A program made the translations under genes and the position numbers. 64,000 nt of DNA, from assembly GCA_964057225.1 (NCBI GenBank), contig OZ059899.1, positions 2,852,001 to 2,916,000 on the forward strand, read 5' to 3'. The notes under the pieces were generated by a model, which saw only the letters and a program-made list of their open reading frames with translations, was not told the origin of the DNA and made no database searches. Below are positions 12,201-25,600 of this stretch, piece after piece. How positions within the stretch are numbered: position 1 is the stretch's first letter; the number at the start of each line of letters is the position of its first letter. This DNA comes from Auanema rhodensis. Lineage: Eukaryota > Animalia > Nematoda.

Positions 12201-13171
12201 ATATCCTCGATTTTCACCCTGAAGAATTAATTTTTTCGTTGAATAACATTGTCCATCGTCTTTGCCTTAAGAAAAGGAATCTAAAAACATCTACTTTTTG
12301 CTAAATTATTTTGAAATTTTTCGAAAAAATTTTTGTCAAAATGTTTTTGGAAGCAATGTTGAGTGTACATGGAAACTCAACATACACTAATGCATCATTT
12401 TTCAAACGATCATAACTAATTTGTGTATTAAGCGTTTCTCAATGTAGTATAGTGCATTCGATGCGGATTTTTAAGCTGCGTCGATCTGTGTTATCAGATT
12501 TGCGCTAGCTTAAAAATGCACCGAGATATCAACTGATATAAGTTCACACTTATATCCTCGATTTTCACCCTGAAGAATTAATTTTTTCGTTGAATAACAT
12601 TGTCTATCGTCTTTGCCTTGAAAAATGGAATCTAAAAACATCTACTTTTTGCTAAATTATTTTGAAATTTTTCGAAAAAATTTTTGTCAAAATGTTTTTG
12701 GAAGCAATGTTGAGTGTACATGGAAACTCAACATACACTAATGCATCATTTTTCAAACGATCATAACTAATTTGTGTATTAAGCGTTTCTCAATGTAGTA
12801 TAGTGCATTCGATGCGGATTTTTAAGCTGCGTCGATCTGTGTTATCAGATTTGCGCTAGCTTAAAAATGCACCGAGATATCAACTGATATAAGTTCACAC
12901 TTATATCCTCGAGTTTCACCCTGAAGAATTAATTTTTTCGTTGAATAACATTGTCCATCGTCTTTGCCTTAAGAAAAGGAATCTGAAAACATCTACTTTT
13001 TGCTAAATTATTTTGAAATTTTTCGAAAAAATTTTTGTCAAAATGTTTTTGGAAGCAATGTTGTGTGTACATGGAAACTCAACATACACTAATGCATCAT
13101 TTTTCAAACGATCATAACTAATTTTTGTATCAAGCGTTTCTTGATGTAGTATAGTGCATTCGATGCGGATT
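9284..13171. repeat. ~11-monomer block, copy 2
   Basis: Matches 4020-7907 monomer by monomer by eye and carries the second copy of the 1-bp deletion. Confidence 0.85.
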
Positions 13172-13687
13172 GTTGAGCTGCGTCGATCTGTGTTATCAGA
13201 TTTGCGCTAGCTTAAAAATGCACCGAGATATCAACTGATATAAGTTCACACTTATATCCTCGATTTTCACCCTGAAGAATTAATTTTTTCGTTGAATAAC
13301 AGTGTCTATCGTCTTTGCCTTGAAAAATGGAATCTAAAAACATCTACTTTTTGCTAAATTATTTTGAAATTTTTCGAAAAAATTTTTGTCAAAATGTTTT
13401 TGGAAGCAATGTTGAGTGTACATGGAAACTCAACATACACTAATGCATCATTTTTCAAACGATCATAACTAATTTGTGTATTAAGCGTTTCTCAATGTAG
13501 TATAGTGCATTCGATGCGGATTTTTAAGCGGCGTCGATCTGTGTTATCAGATTTGCGCTAGCTTAAAAATGCACCGAGATATCAACTGATATAAGTTCAC
13601 ACCTATATCCTCGATTTTCACCCTGAAGAATTAATTTTTTCGTTGAATAACATTGTCCATCGTCTTTGCCTTGAAAAACGGAATTTA

Positions 13688-16600
13688 AAAACATCTACTT
13701 TTTGCTAAATTATTTTGAAATTTTTCAAAAAAAGTTTTGTCAAAATGTTTTTGGAAGCAATGTTGAGTGTACATGGAAACTCAACATACACTAATGCATC
13801 ATTTTTCAAACGATCATAACTAATTTTTGTATTAAGCGTTTCTCAATGTAGTATAGTGCATTCGATGCGGATTTTTAAGCTGCGTCGATCTGTGTTATCA
13901 GATTTGCGCTAGCTTAAAAATGCACCGAGATATCAACTGATATAAGTTCACACTTATATCCTCGATTTTCACCCTGAAGAATTAATTTTTTCGTTGAACA
14001 ACATTGTCCATCGTCTTTGCCTTGAAAAATGGAATCTAAAAACATCTACTTTTTGCTAAATTTATTTGAAATTTTTCGAAAAAATTTTTGTCAAAATGTT
14101 TTTGGAAGCAATGTTGAGTGTACATGGAAACTCAACATACACTAATGCATCATTTTTCAAACGATCATAACTAATTTTTGTATCAAGCGTTTCTCAATGT
14201 AGTATAGTGCATTTGATGCGGATTTTTAAGCTGCGTCGATCTGTGTTATCAGATTTGCGGTAGCTTAAAAATGCACCGAGATATCAACTGATATAAGTTC
14301 ACACTTATATCCTCGATTTTCACCCTGAAGAATTAATTTTTTCGTTGAATAACATTGTCCATCGTCTTTGCCTTGAAAAACGGAATCTAAAAACATCTAC
14401 TTTTTGCTAAATTATTTTGAAATTTTTCAAAAAAAGTTTTGTCAAAATGTTTTTGGAAGCAATGTTGAGTGTACATGGAAACTCAACATACACTAATGCA
14501 TCATTTTTCAAACGATCATAACTAATTTTTGTATTAAGCGTTTCTCAATGTAGTATAGTGCATTCGATGCGGATTTTTAAGCTGCGTCGATCTGTGTTAT
14601 CAGATTTGCGCTAGCTTAAAAATGCACCGAGATATCAACTGATATAAGTTCACACTTATATCCTCAATTTTCACCCTGAAGAATTAATTTTTTCGTTGAA
14701 TAACATTGTCCATCGTCTTTGCCTTGAGAAATGGAATCTAAAAACATCTACTTTTTGCTAAATTTATTTGAAATTTTTCGAAAAAATTTTTGTCAAAATG
14801 TTTTTGGAAGCAATGTTGAGTGTACATGGAAACTCAACATACACTAATGCATCATTTTTCAAACGATCATAACTAATTTTTGTATCAAGCGTTTCTCAAT
14901 GTAGTATAGTGCATTTGATGCGGATTTTTAAGCTGCGTCGATCTGTGTTATCAGATTTGCGCTAGCTTAAAAATGCACCGAGATATCAACTGATATAAGT
15001 TCACACTTATATCCTCGATTTTCACCCTGAAGAATTGATTTTTTCGTTGAATAACATTGTTCATCGTCTTTGCCTTGAAAAAAAGAATTTAAAAACATCT
15101 ACTTTTTGCTAAATTATTTTGAAATTTTTCGAAAAAATTTTTGTCAAAATGTTTTTGGAAGCAATGTTGAGTGTACATGGAAACTCAACATACACTAATG
15201 CATCATTTTTCAAACGATCATAACTAATTTTTGTATCAAGCGTTTCTCAATGTAGTATAGTGCATTCGATGCGGATTTTTAAGTTGCGTCGATCTGTGTT
15301 ATCAGATTTGCGCTAGCTTAAAAATGCACCGAGATATCAACTGATATAAGTTCACACTTATATCCTCGATTTTCACCCTGAAGAATTATTTTTTTCGTTG
15401 AATAACATTGTCCATCGTCTTTGCCTTGTAAAATGGAATCTAAAAACATCTACTTTTTGCTAAATTATTTTGAAATTTTTGGAAAAAATTTTTGTCAAAA
15501 TGTTTTTGGAAGCAATGTTGAGTGTACATGGAAACTCAACATACACTAATGCATCATTTTTCGAACGATCATAACTAATTTTTGTATCAAGCGTTTCTCA
15601 ATGTAGTATAGTGCATTTGATATGGATTTTTAAGCTGCGTCGATCTGTGTTATCAGATTTGCGGTAGCTTAAAAATGCACCGAGATATCAACTGATATAA
15701 GTTCACACTTATATCCTCGATTTTCACCCTGAAGAATTAATTTTTTCGTTGAATAACATTGTCCATCGTCTTTGCCTTGAAAAACGGAATCTAAAAACAT
15801 CTACTTTTTGCTAAATTATTTTGAAATTTTTCAAAAAAAGTTTTGTCAAAATGTTTTTGGAAGCAATGTTGAGTGTACATGGAAACTCAACATACACTAA
15901 TGCATCATTTTTCAAACGATCATAACTAATTTTTGTATTAAGCGTTTCTCAATGTAGTATAGTGCATTCGATGCGGATTTTTAAGCTGCGTCGATCTGTG
16001 TTATCAGATTTGCGCTAGCTTAAAAATGCACCGAGATATCAACTGATATAAGTTCACACTTATATCCTCAATTTTCACTCTGAAGAATTAATTTTTTCGT
16101 TGAATAACATTGTCCATCGTCTTTGCCTTGAGAAATGGAATCTAAAAACATCTACTTTTTGCTAAATTTATTTGAAATTTTTCGAAAAAATTTTTGTCAA
16201 AATGTTTTTGGAAGCAATGTTGAGTGTACATGGAAACTCAACATACACTAATGCATCATTTTTCAAACGATCATAACTAATTTTTGTATCAAGCGTTTCT
16301 CAATGTAGTATAGTGCATTCGATGCGGATTTTTAAGTTGCGTCGATCTGTGTTATCAGATTTGCGCTAGCTTAAAAATGCACCGAGATATCAACTGATAT
16401 AAGTTCACACTTATATCCTCGATTTTCACCCTGAAGAATTATTTTTTTCGTTGAATAACATTGTCCATCGTCTTTGCCTTGTAAAATGGAATCTAAAAAC
16501 ATCTACTTTTTGCTAAATTATTTTGAAATTTTTGGAAAAAATTTTTGTCAAAATGTTTTTGGAAGCAATGTTGAGTGTACATGGAAACTCAACATACACT

Positions 16601-19600
16601 AATGCATCATTTTTCGAACGATCATAACTAATTTTTGTATCAAGCGTTTCTCAATGTAGTATAGTGCATTTGATATGGATTTTTAAGCTGCGTCGATCTG
16701 TGTTATCAGATTTGCGGTAGCTTAAAAATGCACCGAGATATCAACTGATATAAGTTCACACTTATATCCTCGATTTTCACCCTGAAGAATTAATTTTTTC
16801 GTTGAATAACATTGTCCATCGTCTTTGCCTTGAAAAACGGAATCTAAAAACATCTACTTTTTGCTAAATTATTTTGAAATTTTTCAAAAAAAGTTTTGTC
16901 AAAATGTTTTTGGAAGCAATGTTGAGTGTACATGGAAACTCAACATACACTAATGCATCATTTTTCAAACGATCATAACTAATTTTTGTATTAAGCGTTT
17001 CTCAATGTAGTATAGTGCATTCGATGCGGATTTTTAAGCTGCGTCGATCTGTGTTATCAGATTTGCGCTAGCTTAAAAATGCACCGAGATATCAACTGAT
17101 ATAAGTTCACACTTATATCCTCAATTTTCACCCTGAAGAATTAATTTTTTCGTTGAATAACATTGTCCATCGTCTTTGCCTTGAGAAATGGAATCTAAAA
17201 ACATCTACTTTTTGCTAAATTTATTTGAAATTTTTCGAAAAAATTTTTGTCAAAATGTTTTTGGAAGCAATGTTGAGTGTACATGGAAACTCAACATACA
17301 CTAATGCATCATTTTTCAAACGATCATAACTAATTTTTGTATCAAGCGTTTCTCAATGTAGTATAGTGCATTTGATGCGGATTTTTAAGCTGCGTCGATC
17401 TGTGTTATCAGATTTGCGCTAGCTTAAAAATGCACCGAGATATCAACTGATATAAGTTCACACTTATATCCTCGATTTTCACCCTGAAGAATTGATTTTT
17501 TCGTTGAATAACATTGTTCATCGTCTTTGCCTTGAAAAAAAGAATTTAAAAACATCTACTTTTTGCTAAATTATTTTGAAATTTTTCGAAAAAATTTTTG
17601 TCAAAATGTTTTTGGAAGCAATGTTGAGTGTACATGGAAACTCAACATACACTAATGCATCATTTTTCAAACGATCATAACTAATTTTTGTATCAAGCGT
17701 TTCTCAATGTAGTATAGTGCATTTGATGCGGATTTTTAAGCTGCGTCGATCTGTGTTATCAGATTTGCGCTAGCTTAAAAATGCACCGAGATATCAACTG
17801 ATATAAGTTCACACTTATATCCTCGATTTTCACCCTGAAGAATTGATTTTTTCGTTGAATAACATTGTTCATCGTCTTTGCCTTGAAAAAAAGAATTTAA
17901 AAACATCTACTTTTTGCTAAATTATTTTGAAATTTTTCGAAAAAATTTTTGTCAAAATGTTTTTGGAAGCAATGTTGAGTGTACATGGAAACTCAACATA
18001 CACTAATGCATCATTTTTCAAACGATCATAACTAATTTTTGTATCAAGCGTTTCTCAATGTAGTATAGTGCATTCGATGCGGATTTTCAAGTTGCGTCGA
18101 TCTGTGTTATCAGATTTGCGCTAGCTTAAAAATGCACCGAGATATCAACTGATATAAGTTCACACTTATATCCTCGATTTTCACCCTGAAGAATTATTTT
18201 TTTCGTTGAATAACATTGTCCATCGTCTTTGCCTTGAAAAATGGAATCTAAAAACATCTACTTTTTGCTAAATTATTTCGAAATTTTTCGAAAAAATTTT
18301 TGTCAAAATGTTTTTGGAAGCAATGTTGAGTGTACATGGAAACTCAACATACACTAATGCATCATTTTTCAAACGATCATAACTAATTTTTGTATTAAGT
18401 TTTTCTCAATGTAGTATAGTGCATTCGATGCGGATTTTTAAGCTGCGTCGATCTGTGTTATCAGATTTGCGCTAGCTTAAAAATGCACCGAGATATCAAC
18501 TGATATAAGTTCACACTTATATCCTCGATTTTCACCCTGAAGAATTATTTTTTTCGTTGAAAAACATTGTCCATCGTCTTTGCCTTGAAAAATGGAATCT
18601 AAAAACATCTACTTTTTGCTAAATTATTCTGAAATTTTTCAAAAAAATTTTTGTCAAAATGTTTTTGGTAGCAATGTTGAGTGTACATGGAAACTCAACA
18701 TACACTAATGCATCATTTTTCAAACGATCATAACTAATTTTTGTATTAAGCGTTTCTCAATGTAGTATAGTGCATTCAATGCGAATTTTTAAGCTGCGTC
18801 GATCTGTGTTATCAGATTTGCGCTAGCTTAAAAATGCACCGAGATATCAATTGATATAAGTTCACACTTATATCCTCGATTTTCACCCTGAAGAATTATT
18901 TTTTTCGTTGAATAACATTGTCCATCGTCTTTGCCTTGTAAAATGGAATCTAAAAACATCTACTTTTTGCTAAATTATTTTGAAATTTTTCAAAAAAAGT
19001 TTTGTCAAAATGTTTTTGGAAGCAATGTTGAGTGTACATGGAAACTCAACATACACTAATGCATCATTTTTCAAACGATCATAACTAATTTTTGTATCAA
19101 GCGTTTCTCAATGTAGTATAGTGCATTTGATGCGGATTTTTAAGCTGCGTCGATCTGTGTTATCAGATTTGCGCTAGCTTAAAAATGCACCGAGATATCA
19201 ACTGATATAAGTTCACACTTATATCCTCGATTTTCACCCTGAAGAATTGATTTTTTCGTTGAATAACATTGTTCATCGTCTTTGCCTTGAAAAAAAGAAT
19301 TTAAAAACATCTACTTCTTGCTAAATTATTTTGAAATTTTTCGAAAAAATTTTTGTCAAAATGTTTTTGGAAGCAATGTTGAGTGTACATGGAAACTCAA
19401 CATACACTAATGCATCATTTTTCAAACGATCATAACTAATTTTTGTATCAAGCGTTTCTCAATGTAGTATAGTGCATTTGATGCGGATTTTTAAGCTGCG
19501 TCGATCTGTGTTATCAGATTTGCGCTAGCTTAAAAATGCACCGAGATATCAACTGATATAAGTTCACACTTATATCCTCGATTTTCACCCTGAAGAATTG

Positions 19601-22600
19601 ATTTTTTCGTTGAATAACATTGTTCATCGTCTTTGCCTTGAAAAAAAGAATTTAAAAACATCTACTTTTTGCTAAATTATTTTGAAATTTTTCGAAAAAA
19701 TTTTTGTCAAAATGTTTTTGGAAGCAATGTTGAGTGTACATGGAAACTCAACATACACTAATGCATCATTTTTCAAACGATCATAACTAATTTTTGTATC
19801 AAGCGTTTCTCAATGTAGTATAGTGCATTCGATGCGGATTTTCAAGTTGCGTCGATCTGTGTTATCAGATTTGCGCTAGCTTAAAAATGCACCGAGATAT
19901 CAACTGATATAAGTTCACACTTATATCCTCGATTTTCACCCTGAAGAATTATTTTTTTCGTTGAATAACATTGTCCATCGTCTTTGCCTTGAAAAATGGA
20001 ATCTAAAAACATCTACTTTTTGCTAAATTATTTCGAAATTTTTCGAAAAAATTTTTGTCAAAATGTTTTTGGAAGCAATGTTGAGTGTACATGGAAACTC
20101 AACATACACTAATGCATCATTTTTCAAACGATCATAACTAATTTTTGTATTAAGTTTTTCTCAATGTAGTATAGTGCATTCGATGCGGATTTTTAAGCTG
20201 CGTCGATCTGTGTTATCAGATTTGCGCTAGCTTAAAAATGCACCGAGATATCAACTGATATAAGTTCACACTTATATCCTCGATTTTCACCCTGAAGAAT
20301 TATTTTTTTCGTTGAAAAACATTGTCCATCGTCTTTGCCTTGAAAAATGGAATCTAAAAACATCTACTTTTTGCTAAATTATTCTGAAATTTTTCAAAAA
20401 AATTTTTGTCAAAATGTTTTTGGTAGCAATGTTGAGTGTACATGGAAACTCAACATACACTAATGCATCATTTTTCAAACGATCATAACTAATTTTTGTA
20501 TTAAGCGTTTCTCAATGTAGTATAGTGCATTCAATGCGAATTTTTAAGCTGCGTCGATCTGTGTTATCAGATTTGCGCTAGCTTAAAAATGCACCGAGAT
20601 ATCAATTGATATAAGTTCACACTTATATCCTCGATTTTCACCCTGAAGAATTATTTTTTTCGTTGAATAACATTGTCCATCGTCTTTGCCTTGTAAAATG
20701 GAATCTAAAAACATCTACTTTTTGCTAAATTATTTTGAAATTTTTCAAAAAAAGTTTTGTCAAAATGTTTTTGGAAGCAATGTTGAGTGTACATGGAAAC
20801 TCAACATACACTAATGCATCATTTTTCAAACGATCATAACTAATTTTTGTATCAAGCGTTTCTCAATGTAGTATAGTGCATTCGATGCGGATTTTTAAGC
20901 TGCGTCGATCTGTGTTATCTGATTTGCGCTAGCTTAAAAATGCACCGAGATATCAACTGATATAAGTTCACACTTATATCCTCAATTTTCACCCTGAAGA
21001 ATTAATTTTTTCGTTGAATAACATTGTCCATCGTCTTTGCCTTGAGAAATGGAATCTAAAAACATCTACTTTTTGCTAAATTTATTCGAAATTTTTCGAA
21101 AAAATTTTTGTCAAAATGTTTTTGGAAGCAATGTTGAGTGTACATGGAAACTCAACATACACTAATGCATCATTTTTCAAACGATCATAACTAATTTTTG
21201 TATCAAGCGTTTCTCAATGTAGTATAGTGCATTTGATGCGGATTTTTAAGCTGCGTCGATCTGTGTTATCAGATTTGCGCTAGCTTAAAAATGCACCGAG
21301 ATATCAACTGATATAAGTTCACACTTATATCCTCGATTTTCACCCTGAAGAATTGATTTTTTCGTTGAATAACATTGTTCATCGTCTTTGCCTTGAAAAA
21401 AAGAATTTAAAAACATCTACTTTTTGCTAAATTATTTTGAAATTTTTCGAAAAAATTTTTGTCAAAATGTTTTTGGAAGCAATGTTGAGTGTACATGGAA
21501 ACTCAACATACACTAATGCATCATTTTTCAAACGATCATAACTAATTTTTGTATCAAGCGTTTCTCAATGTAGTATAGTGCATTCGATGCGGATTTTTAA
21601 GTTGCGTCGATCTGTGTTATCAGATTTGCGCTAGCTTAAAAATGCACCGAGATATCAACTGATATAAGTTCACACTTATATCCTCGATTTTCACCCTGAA
21701 GAATTATTTTTTTCGTTGAATAACATTGTCCATCGTCTTTGCCTTGAAAAATGGAATCTAAAAACATCTACTTTTTGCTAAATTATTTCGAAATTTTTCG
21801 AAAAAATTTTTGTCAAAATGTTTTTGGAAGCAATGTTGAGTGTACATGGAAACTCAACATACACTAATGCATCATTTTTCAAACGATCATAACTAATTTT
21901 TGTATTAAGTTTTTCTCAATGTAGTATAGTGCATTCGATGCGGATTTTTAAGCTGCGTCGATCTGTGTTATCAGATTTGCGCTAGCTTAAAAATGCACCG
22001 AGATATCAACTGATATAAGTTCACACTTATATCCTCGATTTTCACCCTGAAGAATTATTTTTTTCGTTGAATAACATTGTCCATCGTCTTTGCCTTGAAA
22101 AATGGAATCTTAAAACATCTACTTTTTGCTAAATTATTCTGAAATTTTTCAAAAAAATTTTTGTCAAAATGTTTTTGGTAGCAATGTTGAGTGTACATGG
22201 AAACTCAACATACACTAATGCATCATTTTTCAAACGATCATAACTAATTTTTGTATTAAGCGTTTCTCAATGTAGTATAGTGCATTCGATGCGGATTTTT
22301 AAGCTGCGTCGATCTGTGTTATCAGATTTGCGCTAGCTTAAAAATGCACCGAGATATCAACTGATATAAGTTCACACTTATATCCTCGATTTTCACCCTG
22401 AAGAATTATTTTTTTCGTTGAATAACATTGTCCATCGTCTTTGCCTTGAAAAATGGAATCTTAAAACATCTACTTTTTGCTAAATTATTCTGAAATTTTT
22501 CAAAAAAATTTTTGTCAAAATGTTTTTGGTAGCAATGTTGAGTGTACATGGAAACTCAACATACACTAATGCATCATTTTTCAAACGATCATAACTAATT

Positions 22601-25600
22601 TTTGTATTAAGCGTTTCTCAATGTAGTATAGTGCATGCGATGCGGATTTTTAAGCTGCGTCGATCTGTGTTATCAGATTTGCGCTAGCTTAAAAATGCAC
22701 CGAGATATCAATTGATATAAGTTCACACTTATATCCTCGATTTTCACCCTGAAGAATTATTTTTTTCGTTGAATAACATTGTCCATCGTCTTTGCCTTGT
22801 AAAATGGAATCTAAAAACATCTACTTTTTGCTAAATTATTTTGAAATTTTTGGAAAAAATTTTTGTCAAAATGTTTTTGGAAGCAATGTTGAGTGTACAT
22901 GGAAACTCAACATACACTAATGCATCATTTTTCAAACGATCATAACTAATTTTTGTATCAAGCGTTTCTCAATGTAGTATAGTGCATTTGATGCGGATTT
23001 TTAAGCTGCGTCGATCTGTGTTATCAGATTTGCGGTAGCTTAAAAATGCACCGAGATATCAACTGATATAAGTTCACACTTATATCCTCGATTTTCACCC
23101 TGAAGAATTATTTTTTTCGTTGAATAACATTGTCCATCGTCTTTGCCTTGAAAAATGGAATCTAAAAACATCTACTTTTTGCTAAATTATTTCGAAATTT
23201 TTCGAAAAAATTTTTGTCAAAATGTTTTTGGAAGCAATGTTGAGTGTACATGGAAACTCAACATACACTAATGCATCATTTTTCAAACGATCATAACTAA
23301 TTTTTGTATTAAGTTTTTCTCAATGTAGTATAGTGCATTCGATGCGGATTTTTAAGCTGCGTCGATCTGTGTTATCAGATTTGCGCTAGCTTAAAAATGC
23401 ACCGAGATATCAACTGATATAAGTTCACACTTATATCCTCGATTTTCACCCTGAAGAATTATTTTTTTCGTTGAATAACATTGTCCATCGTCTTTGCCTT
23501 GAAAAATGGAATCTTAAAACATCTACTTTTTGCTAAATTATTCTGAAATTTTTCAAAAAAATTTTTGTCAAAATGTTTTTGGTAGCAATGTTGAGTGTAC
23601 ATGGAAACTCAACATACACTAATGCATCATTTTTCAAACGATCATAACTAATTTTTGTATTAAGCGTTTCTCAATGTAGTATAGTGCATTCGATGCGGAT
23701 TTTTAAGCTGCGTCGATCTGTGTTATCAGATTTGCGCTAGCTTAAAAATGCACCGAGATATCAACTGATATAAGTTCACACTTATATCCTCGATTTTCAC
23801 CCTGAAGAATTATTTTTTTCGTTGAATAACATTGTCCATCGTCTTTGCCTTGAAAAATGGAATCTTAAAACATCTACTTTTTGCTAAATTATTCTGAAAT
23901 TTTTCAAAAAAATTTTTGTCAAAATGTTTTTGGTAGCAATGTTGAGTGTACATGGAAACTCAACATACACTAATGCATCATTTTTCAAACGATCATAACT
24001 AATTTTTGTATTAAGCGTTTCTCAATGTAGTATAGTGCATGCGATGCGGATTTTTAAGCTGCGTCGATCTGTGTTATCAGATTTGCGCTAGCTTAAAAAT
24101 GCACCGAGATATCAATTGATATAAGTTCACACTTATATCCTCGATTTTCACCCTGAAGAATTATTTTTTTCGTTGAATAACATTGTCCATCGTCTTTGCC
24201 TTGTAAAATGGAATCTAAAAACATCTACTTTTTGCTAAATTATTTTGAAATTTTTGGAAAAAATTTTTGTCAAAATGTTTTTGGAAGCAATGTTGAGTGT
24301 ACATGGAAACTCAACATACACTAATGCATCATTTTTCAAACGATCATAACTAATTTTTGTATCAAGCGTTTCTCAATGTAGTATAGTGCATTTGATGCGG
24401 ATTTTTAAGCTGCGTCGATCTGTGTTATCAGATTTGCGGTAGCTTAAAAATGCACCGAGATATCAACTGATATAAGTTCACACTTATATCCTCGATTTTC
24501 ACCCTGAAGAATTAATTTTTTCGTTGAATAACATTGTCCATCGTCTTTGCCTTGAAAAACGGAATCTAAAAACATCTACTTTTTGCTAAATTATTTTGAA
24601 ATTTTTCAAAAAAAGTTTTGTCAAAATGTTTTTGGAAGCAATGTTGAGTGTACATGGAAACTCAACATACACTAATGCATCATTTTTCAAACGATCATAA
24701 CTAATTTTTGTATTAAGCGTTTCTCAATGTAGTATAGTGCATTCGATGCGGATTTTTAAGCTGCGTCGATCTGTGTTATCAGATTTGCGCTAGCTTAAAA
24801 ATGCACCGAGATATCAATTGATATAAGTTCACACTTATATCCTCGATTTTCACCCTGAAGAATTATTTTTTTCGTTGAATAACATTGTCCATCGTCTTTG
24901 CCTTGTAAAATGGAATCTAAAAACATCTACTTTTTGCTAAATTATTTTGAAATTTTTGGAAAAAATTTTTGTCAAAATGTTTTTGGAAGCAATGTTGAGT
25001 GTACATGGAAACTCAACATACACTAATGCATCATTTTTCAAACGATCATAACTAATTTTTGTATCAAGCGTTTCTCAATGTAGTATAGTGCATTTGATGC
25101 GGATTTTTAAGCTGCGTCGATCTGTGTTATCAGATTTGCGGTAGCTTAAAAATGCACCGAGATATCAACTGATATAAGTTCACACTTATATCCTCGATTT
25201 TCACCCTGAAGAATTAATTTTTTCGTTGAATAACATTGTCCATCGTCTTTGCCTTGAAAAACGGAATCTAAAAACATCTACTTTTTGCTAAATTATTTTG
25301 AAATTTTTCAAAAAAAGTTTTGTCAAAATGTTTTTGGAAGCAATGTTGAGTGTACATGGAAACTCAACATACACTAATGCATCATTTTTCAAACGATCAT
25401 AACTAATTTTTGTATTAAGTTTTTCTCAATGTAGTATAGTGCATTCGATGCGGATTTTTAAGCTGCGTCGATCTGTGTTATCAGATTTGCGCTAGCTTAA
25501 AAATGCACCGAGATATCAACTGATATAAGTTCACACTTATATCCTCGATTTTCACCCTGAAGAATTATTTTTTTCGTTGAATAACATTGTCCATCGTCTT

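Larger units (their letters stand above)
1..13687. repeat. Satellite subfamily domain A (39 monomers)
   Basis: Alleles seen only here: GTTGTGTG (monomer pos 79), TTTGTGTATT (140), TCTTGATG (157-158), CACACCTAT (267), CTCGAGTTT (279), TTAAGAAAAGG junction and ATCTGAAAA (351). Confidence 0.9.
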
